Shown here in pieces: positions 25,997 to 37,685 of a DNA stretch of 64,000 nucleotides. Both the position numbers and the translations under genes were made by a program. How positions within the stretch are numbered: the stretch's first letter is position 1; each line of letters starts with the position of its first letter. Source of the DNA: Nostoc desertorum CM1-VF14 (GTDB lineage: Bacteria; Cyanobacteriota; Cyanobacteriia; Cyanobacteriales; Nostocaceae); assembly GCA_019359245.1 (NCBI GenBank), contig JAHHHR010000012.1, positions 58,243 through 122,242 on the forward strand, in the 5' to 3' direction. A model generated the notes under the pieces. That model did no database searches, had not been told where the DNA came from, and worked only from the letters and a program-made list of their open reading frames with translations.

Positions 25997-27934
25997 CTAT
26001 TTTTTTTTCAGAGTGTTATCTAAAATCGAACCAGCTTTCCATATAGGAGCACCTCGTTCGTATGCACCAATATCAGGTGCATTACCCACAAAATTTTCTG
26101 TAATTCCGGGAATCATCACCCCAGCATCCACGGCTGGAGAGTTTGACTGTAAGGTAAAGTCGGGAATAGATTGGGAGGCTTCTGTAGGAGGTTGAGAAAA
26201 CTTAGGATTTTTATTGATAAACAAGTTATTGGATTGTTTATTGGCAGCTATAGTTTTAGATACCGCAAAAATATTATTACGCGTTTCAATTGAACCTCCA
26301 CCCGTAACCACATCTCCCATAAAAGTATTATTAAATACTCGCTCGTATCCCCGAGGACTACCTACCACTAAGTTATGGTTGTCCTTTCCTCCATTTAAAT
26401 TCCAGACTACATTATGGTGAATGGTGCTGTTAAATGTTTCGATGTCTAAATAAATACCACGAGTTCCCCAGAATGGACTAAAAGCTTGGGCATCCCGAAT
26501 CCAGTTATGATGAATCGAACCACCTTCTAAATTAACGTGGCAGCAAATATAAATAGCACCCAAGTCAGTACTGAGCATACCAAACTGAGAAATGTCATTG
26601 TAGGCAATTTCAATGTTACGACCATCTGTACCTGCGGTATGCCAATCAATATTAATTGCGTCACGACCAGCACGATAGATTGTGTTATGAGTAATTTTAT
26701 GACCATTGCCATTGATGCGGACAGGAGCCGCATAGGACACCATGTAATTACTATTGATAATAATATTATTGGTTACTGTGTGATTGCTACCTTCTAGCAG
26801 AACACCATTACCAGAACTCCATTCGATTATTGAGTTTTTTAATGTATGACTGTTTCCACGTAATTGAATTCCAGTATCATGGGCATGAGAAGTTACAATC
26901 AAAGCATTATCAGAATTAGGGGCTTGTTCTGACTGGGGTAGGGGTGGCAGAGTCATGTGGTGGGACACATATTTAGCCCGAATACCATCAATCACTATAT
27001 TAATGCTGCGATCGCTCGTGGTAATTGTGTTAGCAAATAGGTTTAAATTACGTAAAGAGATATAAGAACGATCGCTTAAATCAAAAGCAAAGTTCCGCTG
27101 TTTTACTTCTACGTTACTTGGGAGCTTACTGTCAGGCGACCAGAGGTAAAGAATTCGACTTTTATAGTCGTAAAACCATTCTCCTGGACTATCAAGTAAT
27201 TCTAATTTGCCAAACAGATAAAACCAAAATCCACCCCTATCCCAAGGAGCACTCATTTGAGCAGTTAACTTTCCTGCTGTTCCACCAGTGATTGTACCTG
27301 TGCGGGTGGTGTACCATTCATTAGTCCAGACTTTCGCACCAGTCCATCCCTCAGACAAATTAGGGATTTCTTTGTTTTCAATACTAGCTAATAGTCCTGC
27401 CTGACTTTTGACACCTCCACCTATGAGACTCGGACGCAGAAAATCTCGTTGTTTTTCATCCATGTTGGGAAAACGGGCTTCCGGCATCATTTCCCGATTG
27501 ACAAATAACTGATTGGCAAAGAAATTTATATCGCTATAGCCATTAACAGGTAAATTCACCTGGCTACGATAAACTGAGTTGCGATCTATAGCCCATCCTT
27601 CAACTAGTTCAGTCCCAGAAATAGTGACATTTTCATTTTTATAAGCTGCAAAGGTTATGGGTGCTTCTGCTGTGCCTGAAACCCCAGGACGAACTTGTTC
27701 ACGATAAATACCTGCTCTTAGCCAACAAGTTTCCCCTGGCTGAACAACAGTGGCACATTTTTGAATGGTTTTAAATGGGCGATCGATTGTTCCAGGATTT
27801 TTATCTGAACCAGTTGGTGCGATAATATAATAATTATTAGGTATTGCAATACTTTTACTGAAAAAAATTAAAATGCCAGGAGAAGTAGCAAAACAAAGAG
27901 AAAAGATTGAGTATTTCAATAGTTTCTTATTCAT
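25997..27934 (-). CDS. Secreted right-handed parallel beta-helix repeat protein (pectate-lyase/NosD-like fold); candidate polysaccharide lyase, hydrolase or epimerase
   Basis: 645 aa with a signal peptide and repeated N..I....G... rungs (HTVTNNIIINSN, HKITHNTIYRAGRDAINI, IHHNWI, IHHNVVWN). Confidence 0.8.
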   Translation of the reverse strand: MNKKLLKYSIFSLCFATSPGILIFFSKSIAIPNNYYIIAPTGSDKNPGTIDRPFKTIQKCATVVQPGETCWLRAGIYREQVRPGVSGTAEAPITFAAYKNENVTISGTELVEGWAIDRNSVYRSQVNLPVNGYSDINFFANQLFVNREMMPEARFPNMDEKQRDFLRPSLIGGGVKSQAGLLASIENKEIPNLSEGWTGAKVWTNEWYTTRTGTITGGTAGKLTAQMSAPWDRGGFWFYLFGKLELLDSPGEWFYDYKSRILYLWSPDSKLPSNVEVKQRNFAFDLSDRSYISLRNLNLFANTITTSDRSINIVIDGIRAKYVSHHMTLPPLPQSEQAPNSDNALIVTSHAHDTGIQLRGNSHTLKNSIIEWSSGNGVLLEGSNHTVTNNIIINSNYMVSYAAPVRINGNGHKITHNTIYRAGRDAINIDWHTAGTDGRNIEIAYNDISQFGMLSTDLGAIYICCHVNLEGGSIHHNWIRDAQAFSPFWGTRGIYLDIETFNSTIHHNVVWNLNGGKDNHNLVVGSPRGYERVFNNTFMGDVVTGGGSIETRNNIFAVSKTIAANKQSNNLFINKNPKFSQPPTEASQSIPDFTLQSNSPAVDAGVMIPGITENFVGNAPDIGAYERGAPIWKAGSILDNTLKKK

Positions 27935-29301
27935 GTGTCTAGATTGGGTATAAGGATTGATTTATTTTGAGTTTCCTTGCGTGCTCCTAAGTGCATTTGG
28001 TGTTCATGCCATGACAAGCCCAAAATAAAAGCAATAAAAATCATATATCCAGGTTCTTCCATTTGTGTAAAAATGCAACCCATGACAAATACACTTAAAA
28101 TAGTCACCTTTGCAATATCATTCCAGGCAAAAAATCGCCAAGTTAAAAATGCAAGATAAAAGTATGCACCTAATCCAAATAAACCTAGATCACCCCAAAT
28201 ACCAGACCAGCCAAAGACGGGGCTAAATAGACTAGACCCACTGGTTAGCCAAAAACCAGCGATAAAGTCCATAGAGTCTTGACCAATACCTGTTGTAGTG
28301 GCTCCTAAAGGACCTAAAAGTGCTGCATAATCTCTTAAAAACCATGCTCCAAGACGGCTGACTGTGTGTCCAGGACCTAGACCTACTAACCAGTTGAAAG
28401 GAGATTGGAAGTGAGCGAGAATCGTGCGAATGGAGTAGAACTTGGCATACCAAGCAAGACCATCTGAGCCATAGAGTTCGGGTCTAGCCCAAGCTGTATA
28501 GGCTTTAAATGCTTCTACATTTGTTACACACCAAACACCTATAATTACAATTAGTACTAGACCAAGAACAAGTTTTAAGGTTTTAACAATATTCTTTGAA
28601 TTGATTATAATTAACAGCCCCCATGCAACTCCATAAGCAAGTGCTAACTGTTTGGAGTCAGAAAATAAAAGTTGCCAGATAGCTGCCATTGCTACAGCAA
28701 TTTTGAGCGATAGGGGTTTATCTTTGCCAGATGTCCAAAAGTAAAGAGCAAACACAATTGAGACAGTAGCTGAAATATAGTTTCCAGCTCCTGATACAAA
28801 AAATACTCCCCCGCATCCGTCAGTTCCATCTAATCCAGTAGCATAGAGCTTGCCACTATCAATCAGGGGCTTTTGAGCGGCAGCTAACAAAAAATTAATC
28901 AGTACAGACCAGTACAATAATTTTTTCATTTTCCCGACAATTTGCTCGGTAATAGGGATGCATGTCATGGCAAGCAGAAACATATAAGGTTCTCCTAGCA
29001 TCATGAAACTGACGATCGCATTAATTAAACCCGCATTATTCCAAAGTGCGCTGGCGAGGGTGACTCCAAACAACACGATCAAAGCCAATATAAATGAAAA
29101 ACAAAGCGAAATTTGTTTAGGATCTTTAATTCGAGTTGTAGTTAAAGCAATTACACACACTGCTGGCACTAAGGCAAAATGGAATAGATTTAGCAGTGAA
29201 AAACGAATTGTTGTCGCTATAATACGCGAATAAAAAATACTACAAAATGTCAAAATAATCAAAAGTGAATTTTGGATATATCCTTTGTTTTTCATAGACA
29301 T
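27931..29301 (-). CDS. O-antigen ligase/polymerase-family polytopic membrane protein (Wzy-like)
   Basis: 456 aa with about 10-12 predicted helices and a large loop near GLGPGHTVSRLG. Its stop overlaps the downstream start by 4 nt. Confidence 0.65.
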   Translation of the reverse strand: MSMKNKGYIQNSLLIILTFCSIFYSRIIATTIRFSLLNLFHFALVPAVCVIALTTTRIKDPKQISLCFSFILALIVLFGVTLASALWNNAGLINAIVSFMMLGEPYMFLLAMTCIPITEQIVGKMKKLLYWSVLINFLLAAAQKPLIDSGKLYATGLDGTDGCGGVFFVSGAGNYISATVSIVFALYFWTSGKDKPLSLKIAVAMAAIWQLLFSDSKQLALAYGVAWGLLIIINSKNIVKTLKLVLGLVLIVIIGVWCVTNVEAFKAYTAWARPELYGSDGLAWYAKFYSIRTILAHFQSPFNWLVGLGPGHTVSRLGAWFLRDYAALLGPLGATTTGIGQDSMDFIAGFWLTSGSSLFSPVFGWSGIWGDLGLFGLGAYFYLAFLTWRFFAWNDIAKVTILSVFVMGCIFTQMEEPGYMIFIAFILGLSWHEHQMHLGARKETQNKSILIPNLDT

Positions 29302-29530
29302 CTAGCAGTGTTATCTTATGAAGTATAAGTTTATATCCTAGTGTAGTGCAGCCGAGAAAGTACTGACAATCAAAAAATAGCTACAAAAAATAGAACTTCA
29401 ATCTAGTTTAATCCAAATAAAAATTTATATGTTGGGTTACGAGTTTTTACCTTGAAAAAATTAGGTGGCTAGCTATTTTTGACGATTTTTTTATTAGATA
29501 TTGGCTTTGAATATCGGTGTAATGCAGAAA

Positions 29531-30790
29531 TTAAAACGTCCATGATGATTGATGATTTAAAGATTTTCCAGCAACAATTTCTTCATAAATTTGGGCTAGT
29601 TGTTTGCCCTTGACTTCCCAGCTATAGCATTCCCTCACGCGCTGTTGTCCTGATTGCCCCATTTGTAATCGCAGGTTATGATCGCTGGCAAGACGAACCA
29701 TTGCTTCAGATAGTCCACTAACTGATTGTTCTGGGTTATCTGCTAGCATTTTAAAACCAGTTTCTGAGGTAACTTGCGCTGCTGGTCCTCCCAAGTCTAG
29801 GCAGATAACAGGTCTTCCAGCAGCCATAGCTTCTAAACAGACTCCCGCTCCTGAATCGTGCAGACTGGGATGAACTAAAACAGAGCACTGGCCTAATTTG
29901 GCAAGTACCTCTTCGCGAGGTAATAAACCCCAGAACTTAACTTGACTAGCAATACCTAGATTGAGGGCAAGGTCTTGCAGTCGATCTATTTCAGCCCCAT
30001 CCCCTAAAATCCAGTATTCGGCATCAGAAAGCTTGGCCTTGGCAAAAGCACGCAAGCCTAAATGTAGACCTTTCCAATGCAGTAGACGGGCAATGCTGAT
30101 AAACCTCACAGAAGAATTGTCAGGGTGTGGGTACTGAGCAAGCTGTTCAATTTCTTCTGCGAACATACCGATCGCTGCATCGACCTGAACGCAGGAAGCG
30201 CCCATCTTTCGTACCCGCTTTGCTGTGTCTTCTGTTGTTGCATAGGCGATCGCACTGCGCCGCGCAGTTAACCGCGTAAAAGGATCAAGTTCTCCAAGCG
30301 ATCGCCATGCTAACCGAGCCACTTCGTAGAGCTTATTTTTCCAGTTAAAGTCTGTCCAAAATGGCAAAGGAGCTGATTCGCCACCACCTACCGGTCCCCA
30401 CACGAAAGGTACAGGTAGAAAGGACAAAAAACTAGGGCAAGCATAGCGAACAAATGTAACATGATGAATCACATCAAATCCAATGTTCTCATGTAGTTTC
30501 TTGCCAACTAAATATGCCTGAATTTGCCAAAGGTAGTAGTGCAATTGCATTGCCCCAGATTGCCCCCATCGTAGGCTATCTTTCCAAAAGGGAAGTGTGA
30601 GGTAAACAAAATGTAAATTGGGAATCGGATTGAGTGAGAGTTCTGCTTCAATCGCTTCTTTACTTTCGTCGGGTCGAGTTAGTACCCAAACCTCGTGATA
30701 TTTGGCGACTTCGCGAGCAACATTCCAACCGACACCTCGTTCTGAACCTTTACCAGGTTCACAGGAATAGGCAGAGATTAGAACCTTCAT
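29531..30790 (-). CDS. Glycosyltransferase family 4 (GT-B)
   Basis: I prefer the ATG at 30790 (MKVLISAYSCEPGKGSE); the track start at 30805 is GTG. The C-terminal half has the GT4 pattern (VHPSLHDSGAGVCLEAMAAGRPVI). Confidence 0.85.
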   Translation of the reverse strand: MKVLISAYSCEPGKGSERGVGWNVAREVAKYHEVWVLTRPDESKEAIEAELSLNPIPNLHFVYLTLPFWKDSLRWGQSGAMQLHYYLWQIQAYLVGKKLHENIGFDVIHHVTFVRYACPSFLSFLPVPFVWGPVGGGESAPLPFWTDFNWKNKLYEVARLAWRSLGELDPFTRLTARRSAIAYATTEDTAKRVRKMGASCVQVDAAIGMFAEEIEQLAQYPHPDNSSVRFISIARLLHWKGLHLGLRAFAKAKLSDAEYWILGDGAEIDRLQDLALNLGIASQVKFWGLLPREEVLAKLGQCSVLVHPSLHDSGAGVCLEAMAAGRPVICLDLGGPAAQVTSETGFKMLADNPEQSVSGLSEAMVRLASDHNLRLQMGQSGQQRVRECYSWEVKGKQLAQIYEEIVAGKSLNHQSSWTF

Positions 30791-30982
30791 AATATTAACA
30801 TCCACAGAGAATATACACTTTTAGTCTTACAATCAAACTTATGTTGGTAGTGTCATGAAGGGAAGGGTTTTTCCGCAGTGGAACGCTTTTTTGGAGGCAG
30901 ACCTCACCTACCGTTCAGCATACTACCCTGATCTTCATATCCAAATTGCAAAAATATTGACAATCTAGATAACTCCAAATTT

Positions 30983-32113
30983 TTAGATGCCAAACAGATA
31001 CTTTGCTGTCAGCTTATTTCTAGTGAGATAAGCAACGAGTACCCAAGATATCAAAAAGCAAGGTATAGAAAGAGCTAGCATGGAAGGAATTGAGATGGAA
31101 TTTGTAAGATCAGGTAATACTTTATATACTAAATATTTCACAATATTCATCACAAATGGATGAATTAAGTAAATACCAAAGGAACATGTTCCCACACTAG
31201 TTACTAAGCTGTCTACAGTATTTTCCCCAAAATATCTGGATAGGGAAATACTGAATAGGAGCATGGCATATGCTATGAGGACTGATTGTAAGGCTCCAGG
31301 CAAGAAAAAACTTCCGAACATATTACTGCATAGGAATAAAATAACCAATAAAAAAGTAGCAAATTTAGTATGTAATAATTTTACTTTCTGAATGAGCCGA
31401 TTTAATGTTAACGCGGCAAAAAAAAAGGGTAGACACCTAATTATCCAGGCAATCTCAACCAGAACTAGACGGAGTAGAGGATGCTGTTCTGCATTAATTC
31501 GTAAAGAACTTAATAAACTTTGAAAAGCAACATTTGTGCCTAGTTGAAATGAATTGCCAGAAGCTTCAAGAAAGTGATATGAGACCATACCTAAAACTGA
31601 TAGTAACAGTAACCCATAATTGCTAATTTTCAGCCTTTCCAGAAATGGAATTAACAATACTAGAGATGTTCCAGCAAACAGAAGAGTTAAGAAATAAAGA
31701 TGGTAGGAAGCACCGCCAAAGAAAAAAATTGATAGAGGATCTTGTAAAAGTTGTTGCATTCGATCAGACTTATTGGTAAGAGTGAAAATGATTACTCTGG
31801 ATACCAAGAAGATAACACTCCAAATTGCATAGGGAATTAAAATCCGTTCAACTTTCGCTCGCCAGAACTTTGATGAGTAGGCAATCCCTGGTTTAGCAGT
31901 CATGAAATAAAAAGCTGCTGCAAGAAAGAATGGAACAGCAAAATAGAAATGTAACCGAAATTCTATAGCACTGGGATTAGTAGGAAGCCCCCAAGTTTCA
32001 TCTCCTGAATGAACCAGAATAACTGCATAGGTCGATAGTCCTCGGCAAAACTCAATACCCAATAATTTCTTTTTATTCATCGTGATAAACGTATTATCCT
32101 GGTTTTGATACAT
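30983..32113 (-). CDS. Acyltransferase family 3 (OafA/NolL-like) membrane O-acyltransferase
   Basis: 376 aa, polytopic, with R..S...V...H near the N-terminus as in the AT3 family. The start could be the second ATG at 32080. Confidence 0.75.
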   Translation of the reverse strand: MYQNQDNTFITMNKKKLLGIEFCRGLSTYAVILVHSGDETWGLPTNPSAIEFRLHFYFAVPFFLAAAFYFMTAKPGIAYSSKFWRAKVERILIPYAIWSVIFLVSRVIIFTLTNKSDRMQQLLQDPLSIFFFGGASYHLYFLTLLFAGTSLVLLIPFLERLKISNYGLLLLSVLGMVSYHFLEASGNSFQLGTNVAFQSLLSSLRINAEQHPLLRLVLVEIAWIIRCLPFFFAALTLNRLIQKVKLLHTKFATFLLVILFLCSNMFGSFFLPGALQSVLIAYAMLLFSISLSRYFGENTVDSLVTSVGTCSFGIYLIHPFVMNIVKYLVYKVLPDLTNSISIPSMLALSIPCFLISWVLVAYLTRNKLTAKYLFGI

Positions 32114-32343
32114 GTATACTACTAATAATCTGCTTATAGCTACGGCTGAAAATGCTAGCTGCGATAGTTTTGGGGTTCATGATGTTTCAGATTTTAAGAG
32201 GATATTTGAAAAGTTACAAGTTGGGTAAAAAGCTCTCAGTTTATAAATAATTATCTAAGTTTAAACTAATACTAATGTATGGATTATTGTTGACAATTTG
32301 GCGAGATTTCTGGTTAATCTTTTTCAGAAATAATTTAGGATCT

Positions 32344-33465
32344 CTATAGGTGCAAAATTTTTTCGTAAACCGTTGCCACCTGTTCTGCTGTATTCTGCCA
32401 GGAAAACAACTTAGCTCTCGCAAGTCCTTTCTCAATTGAGCTCTTATAAAGAGTGGCGTTTTTATAAAGCTCAATAACTGCATCTGCGATCGCTTGCGGA
32501 CAATTGGGATCGATCATTATCCCCGCATCTCCTACGACTTCTGGCAAAGATGAAACATTAGAAGTAATCACAGGAGTGCCACAGGCCATTGCTTCCAGAA
32601 CTGTCAATCCAAATCCTTCATATAAAGAGGGAGCTAAAAGTACATCGGCAGCATTGTAAATTTGTACCAGCTTGGCTTTGTCTGGATTACCAAAATCGCA
32701 AATATCTAACTCTAGATGATGCTCTCGAATAAAAGCTTTTTGCTCTTGAGTAAAGTTACCTCCTGTTCGCCATAGGCATATTGGGAATCCCTGTTCTTTT
32801 AAATTTTTTAATACTCGTAGGACTGTCAAAATGTTTTTGCGTTGATGGGTGCTACCAACATTCAGTAAGCAAAAAGTGTCAGGCGATCGCTGGCACTGCT
32901 CACGAATCTTGGCAACCTCTGCATCAGGTAGTACACGAAATTCTGGATTTATCCCATTTGGGGCAACAGTAATTTGCTCTGGCTTGATATTTAGAATCCG
33001 ATTTACATCTTTAGCTGTATTTCTAGAAACCGTAATTACATGATCAGCTTTTTCCATTCCACCCACGGAATATTTCCACATAGCCATACTCAATGCAGGT
33101 AGACGTGACTGATCTCGCAAAATTTCTGGGTAGATAAACTGTACCAAGTCATGACAGGTGACAACTACGGGCTTGTTAGCTCGATGCAGTCCATAGGCGA
33201 TATGAGCATCACTCTGATCAATTACATGAAAAATATCTGCCTCTAATCGAGATACAGCGAGAGGATGCCGCCAAAAAGTTTCATAGTATTTTTTAATACC
33301 CAAGCCTGATAGATAGAGTTTATCAGGGCTATTCCAGGGAATGGGAGCAATTTCGGCAATTTCCCAATTTGGTCGCACCTTCCTTAATTCTGCTATTAGG
33401 TTGTCAGCATAGACCTCTAGACTAAACGTAGATCCTGGTACTCGTCGCACAATCATTACTCGCAT
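32344..33465 (-). CDS. Glycosyltransferase family 4
   Basis: 373 aa with [39 protein letters not shown] (EX7E region). Confidence 0.85.
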   Translation of the reverse strand: MRVMIVRRVPGSTFSLEVYADNLIAELRKVRPNWEIAEIAPIPWNSPDKLYLSGLGIKKYYETFWRHPLAVSRLEADIFHVIDQSDAHIAYGLHRANKPVVVTCHDLVQFIYPEILRDQSRLPALSMAMWKYSVGGMEKADHVITVSRNTAKDVNRILNIKPEQITVAPNGINPEFRVLPDAEVAKIREQCQRSPDTFCLLNVGSTHQRKNILTVLRVLKNLKEQGFPICLWRTGGNFTQEQKAFIREHHLELDICDFGNPDKAKLVQIYNAADVLLAPSLYEGFGLTVLEAMACGTPVITSNVSSLPEVVGDAGIMIDPNCPQAIADAVIELYKNATLYKSSIEKGLARAKLFSWQNTAEQVATVYEKILHL

Positions 33466-33528
33466 CTCATATCTCCCAATAAATTGATTTGATATCCCTA
33501 CGACTACTTAAATCATGCTTATTTCTGT

Positions 33529-34554
33529 TTAAGAATTAGCTTGAATAGCCTGATCTAAAATAGAGGCAGTTTTGGCAAGAGAACGCTCTATGTAATGACT
33601 TTCAAATGCAGAATTATCAGAGTGAATATTTAATGCTAAAGCTTGCTGTAAAGCTATTTCTAAATCCGTCTCATCTTGATAAACTACTCCGACTTGTGCT
33701 GGATAGTTAACTTGGCTACTCATAAAAGGAAAATCGGGACATACTACATAAGTTTGTACACCAATTGCATCTGCCGCAACACCACTACACCTGTAAAAAT
33801 ACTTTGATTTTTCATAATTCAATACAACAACGTCACAGGCTGATAAAGCAGCCATATAGGCATCATTAGTAGATGTATCAATCAATTTTATTCCCTGCAA
33901 ATCCATATCCTCAAAACATGAAAAATTATCAGTGCCAATAATTAGTAAAATATCTAGTTTTTTAGCAATTTTTGAAATTAAATCAAGGGTATTAGAGAAA
34001 TTTTTCCCTCGTCGTGATTCTCCAATAATACCAACTTTTTTCTTTCCGATTTCCTCAGTATCAAACCAATCTGATTTATTAGCAATCTTTACACTGCTGA
34101 CAACAGAGTGCGGTAATGAAATATGTCTTTTTAAATCTTGTTCTTCATAACCTAAATCCATTAGGACAGCAGAGGTCTCAAGTATAATAAATTTGTATCC
34201 TAGATAGTGATATATTTTAAGCATCAAATTCATGAATGGGTTTTCATAAGCTTGTTGGATATTATGATTATTTACTAAATAAACATTTTTAGTCCAAAAA
34301 GAAACTAAAAAGGAAAAAAATAGAAATTCTGTTGAGAAAGAATATACTATGGCTGCATCTTTATCTTTGGCTTTATTTATTTTTCTCCCCAAATCAATAT
34401 GATTGATGATTAATGTAATGACTTTAAAAAGATTTCGCAGCAAAACATTATTAATCTTTGGAAAGAGGTTAGGTGCATTTCCTGTAATAATGCAGATATT
34501 ATTTTTTGAAAGTTTGGCAGATTCAATTAACATTAACTCTAAATTATTACGCAT
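33529..34554 (-). CDS. Hypothetical protein in a visibly AT-rich stretch; possibly a divergent glycosyltransferase
   Basis: 341-aa ORF inside the island with no motif I can assign. It alternates beta-alpha-like segments. Confidence 0.5.
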   Translation of the reverse strand: MRNNLELMLIESAKLSKNNICIITGNAPNLFPKINNVLLRNLFKVITLIINHIDLGRKINKAKDKDAAIVYSFSTEFLFFSFLVSFWTKNVYLVNNHNIQQAYENPFMNLMLKIYHYLGYKFIILETSAVLMDLGYEEQDLKRHISLPHSVVSSVKIANKSDWFDTEEIGKKKVGIIGESRRGKNFSNTLDLISKIAKKLDILLIIGTDNFSCFEDMDLQGIKLIDTSTNDAYMAALSACDVVVLNYEKSKYFYRCSGVAADAIGVQTYVVCPDFPFMSSQVNYPAQVGVVYQDETDLEIALQQALALNIHSDNSAFESHYIERSLAKTASILDQAIQANS

Positions 34555-34770
34555 ATATAACTACTCCCTTAAAAGAATTATTTTTTATCATATTTGCACG
34601 TCGTATTGAGGAAATATTTATGTAATGATCAACAGAAATATCAGAAATAGTGATTAATTTATTTGGCAATAATAAGTATGAAGTGTCATCAAAGTATTAC
34701 GGGATAAGTATTCTACATATTTTCAATATGTCTCTCCAAGCCTTGCTAGACAAGGTTTTCATTATTTTGC

Positions 34771-36447
34771 TCATACCTTCTCTTTTATCTCCTTCAAATG
34801 GTCTGCTAGCCTTAAAGCAAACGACACAATCATAAATGTGGAATTAGCTTGCCCGGAAGTTACAAAAATAGAACTACTGGCAACAAACAAATTATCCAAA
34901 CTATGAACGTTGCAGTTAGTTCCTACAACACCATCCTTAGGGTATTCTGACATTCGAGTTGTCCCAACTTGATGAAATCCATCTCCAGCTTGCTCCCAGA
35001 CGCTAGATTCAGGATCATTTGTCACATACTTTAAATAACCACAGTTATGCTCTCTGAGGTACTGATCCCAATATTTATGAGCTTGAACCACACCATCTAT
35101 GTCTTGCTGTGTGAACTGAAGATTGATATTTAGCCTTCGCATTCCTAGTGCATCCCTTTCATCGGATAGGGTTACGACACTATTGGGATTGGGTATCTGC
35201 TCACTGTGATAGTGAAAAGGATATTCATTAGCAGCACTATAGACAAATAATGCTGGAATTTTTCTTTTGGCAATATATCGCCCATACCCAAAACGAGGAA
35301 CAAAAGTCAGTGCTTGGCCAAAGTCCTTCAAGACATTTATGATATGCGCCCGATAAATCCCCTGCTCCTCTTTTCCAATGGCGGCTTTTCGCATCGCCGT
35401 TGAGGTCAAGTAATTTCTCAGTACAGGCATACTCAATGCTAGGTAGGCAGAAGACAAGATGCTATTTTGATGAGATGGATCGCCAAACTTGGGAGAGCCT
35501 AACCAAGCCACAATGTTTGGAAGTTGCTTCTCATGTAAAAACTCACGGGTAAAGGAGAAGCGGCGGCGCAAATAGATTTTATCTGAATCTCGATCAAACC
35601 CAAAAACAGTATCCTTGGGAGGTGTCGTGAAATGTATAAGGGCGATGTCTCCTGAAAGATGCCCCATGTAGAATTTTCCTAACAGACCACTATGGTTGCC
35701 GATGCCACCTGGATGCTTGCGATCAGAGGCAAGTAGTAGACGAGTAGTATTTAATGCACCACCTGCTAGCACATATTTTTGACATTTCACATAAATAGTC
35801 TTTCCTCCTAAGGTCTTTCCATGCAGTAACTCAACTTGATTACCTTGCTCATTAGTTTCAATTTCAGTGCAAGTTAAGCCATAAAGTAGTTTGATTTTTT
35901 TAGATTGCTGCAAATCATGAAAATATTCTTTACCAAAGTTGGTAGGCAGAGACCATCTTTCTAGGGTTGAAGTAAAAGCTTCTGCATCAGATAACCCTGG
36001 AACAATCGATTTTTGATGAATGTTGGAGATATTTTTGATATTAAATTCTGACTTGCCGCAAAAGAAATAGTCACATGCTCTTTGAAAGTAACCTGCGATC
36101 GCCTCATAGGTAACGGGCCAATCAGAATTCTGAATATATGGTCGCTTATCAAAATCTACAGGATCGTAAGGCAAACAACGCCCACCCCAAATGATCGATG
36201 TCCCACCCAATTGTCTACGAGTACATTCCGACATGGGTGCATGAAATTTGGGATCGAAATGGCTGGCTTCACCGAGATTTTGAATCTCCTCAGAGAAATG
36301 TAAACGTCCACTCTCGATCAAAGCAACATCATATCCTGCCTTGGCTAACTCTAAAGCTAAAACAATACCAGCCGGACCTGAGCCAACTATTGCAATATCC
36401 GACCTGAAACTAGTTTCGTTTTCAAGACTTTCTGCATCAATAAACAT
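34771..36447 (-). CDS. GMC-family FAD-dependent oxidoreductase
   Basis: 558 aa with N-terminal IVGSGPAGIVLALELAKAG....ESG and C-terminal H..GT.RM / SS.F.T.G..N.T motifs. Confidence 0.85.
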   Translation of the reverse strand: MFIDAESLENETSFRSDIAIVGSGPAGIVLALELAKAGYDVALIESGRLHFSEEIQNLGEASHFDPKFHAPMSECTRRQLGGTSIIWGGRCLPYDPVDFDKRPYIQNSDWPVTYEAIAGYFQRACDYFFCGKSEFNIKNISNIHQKSIVPGLSDAEAFTSTLERWSLPTNFGKEYFHDLQQSKKIKLLYGLTCTEIETNEQGNQVELLHGKTLGGKTIYVKCQKYVLAGGALNTTRLLLASDRKHPGGIGNHSGLLGKFYMGHLSGDIALIHFTTPPKDTVFGFDRDSDKIYLRRRFSFTREFLHEKQLPNIVAWLGSPKFGDPSHQNSILSSAYLALSMPVLRNYLTSTAMRKAAIGKEEQGIYRAHIINVLKDFGQALTFVPRFGYGRYIAKRKIPALFVYSAANEYPFHYHSEQIPNPNSVVTLSDERDALGMRRLNINLQFTQQDIDGVVQAHKYWDQYLREHNCGYLKYVTNDPESSVWEQAGDGFHQVGTTRMSEYPKDGVVGTNCNVHSLDNLFVASSSIFVTSGQANSTFMIVSFALRLADHLKEIKEKV

Positions 36448-36531
36448 TTGTATGATTATACCTTTGGTTTAATATCCAGTTGTAAAATGTGCGGTACTAA
36501 GCACTCCACATCCTAACTCTAAAATCCTAAT

Positions 36532-37617
36532 TTAAATAGCTATTGACCAATTTCGTCGATATAAAAAGTAAGCAACTAGCCACCAGAACAAGAGAGTGAC
36601 TAAGGCAAAGAGAAATCCGGCAGTTGTGGGATCAACCCAACTTAAGAAAATATTTTTCTCCAACCAGTTATAGGTGGATAGTGCATCAGTACCTACACCT
36701 ACGTGGGTTTTCTCCAAAAGTTTAATTACCAACTCCGAACTGATATAGATAAAAATAGAGTTTAATCCTAAAACCTGTGCTGCATGACTCCAACGGTTCT
36801 GCTTCCGCACTTCAATCAACTCATAACAGGCTGCCAATAAAAGTAATGCAAGTCCAACAGTGAAGAGTGCATAGGAGCTAGTCCATAGTTTTTTGTTGAT
36901 TGGTAGCCAGAGGCTCCAAAGTTGTCCCAATACAATGCTGCTAAGACCAAACAGGACTAGTGTCATGCTTTGACTAGATGTACGAATTGCTTTAGTGACT
37001 ACTTCGGCCTTGAGCCAAGCTCCCGTAAAATAGCCCATCAAAACAATGGCGATCGTACTCATCATCCCGAACCAACTCATTAAACCAAACGTACCAATTT
37101 CTTTGTGAGTCAGTATATCTGCTATTTTAGGCTCAGGAACAGGAAAAGCGGCATATGTTGCCCAGTATCCAATTAACAGTAGTGCTGCTATTCCCCACTG
37201 AGCTTTGCGAGGAAATTTGAGGACAATAAGAGCAGTAGCTAGATAGGATAAACTAATCCGTTGCAGCACTCCTGATATCTCAAGCTCACTCCACTTGTAA
37301 GTCCAAAAGCCATTGATCATAAGTCCTAGGGCAAACAAGAAAACACTACGTCTTAGCAATCGCCAATATAATGCTCTTGTAGGTTTATTATCTTGGCTAT
37401 ATTTAGATAGAGAGAAAGCCATAGCCACACCGACGATGAACAAAAAGAAGGGAAACACCCAATCAGCTAAGGTGCAACCATTCCAATGTGAATGCTCTAG
37501 CCAGGGGTGTATTGATGGGGCAAGGCTAGCTATATTAACGAGGAGCATACCTGCAATTGTTATGCCACGAAAAGTATCTAGCGAATGCAAACGAATCGAT
37601 TGTTTTGGAGGGGGCAT
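36532..37617 (-). CDS. HGSNAT-like (DUF1624/DUF5009) transmembrane acyltransferase
   Basis: 361 aa. RLHSLDTFRGITIAGMLLVN......HS.W.G.TLADWVFPFFLFIVG resembles heparan-alpha-glucosaminide N-acetyltransferase family proteins. Confidence 0.75.
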   Translation of the reverse strand: MPPPKQSIRLHSLDTFRGITIAGMLLVNIASLAPSIHPWLEHSHWNGCTLADWVFPFFLFIVGVAMAFSLSKYSQDNKPTRALYWRLLRRSVFLFALGLMINGFWTYKWSELEISGVLQRISLSYLATALIVLKFPRKAQWGIAALLLIGYWATYAAFPVPEPKIADILTHKEIGTFGLMSWFGMMSTIAIVLMGYFTGAWLKAEVVTKAIRTSSQSMTLVLFGLSSIVLGQLWSLWLPINKKLWTSSYALFTVGLALLLLAACYELIEVRKQNRWSHAAQVLGLNSIFIYISSELVIKLLEKTHVGVGTDALSTYNWLEKNIFLSWVDPTTAGFLFALVTLLFWWLVAYFLYRRNWSIAI

Positions 37618-37685
37618 AAATTAAAAGTTCCTAAGATACAATTTGAAAAGCCCATCTTGATATTTTCTGAGCAAATAAATTTATA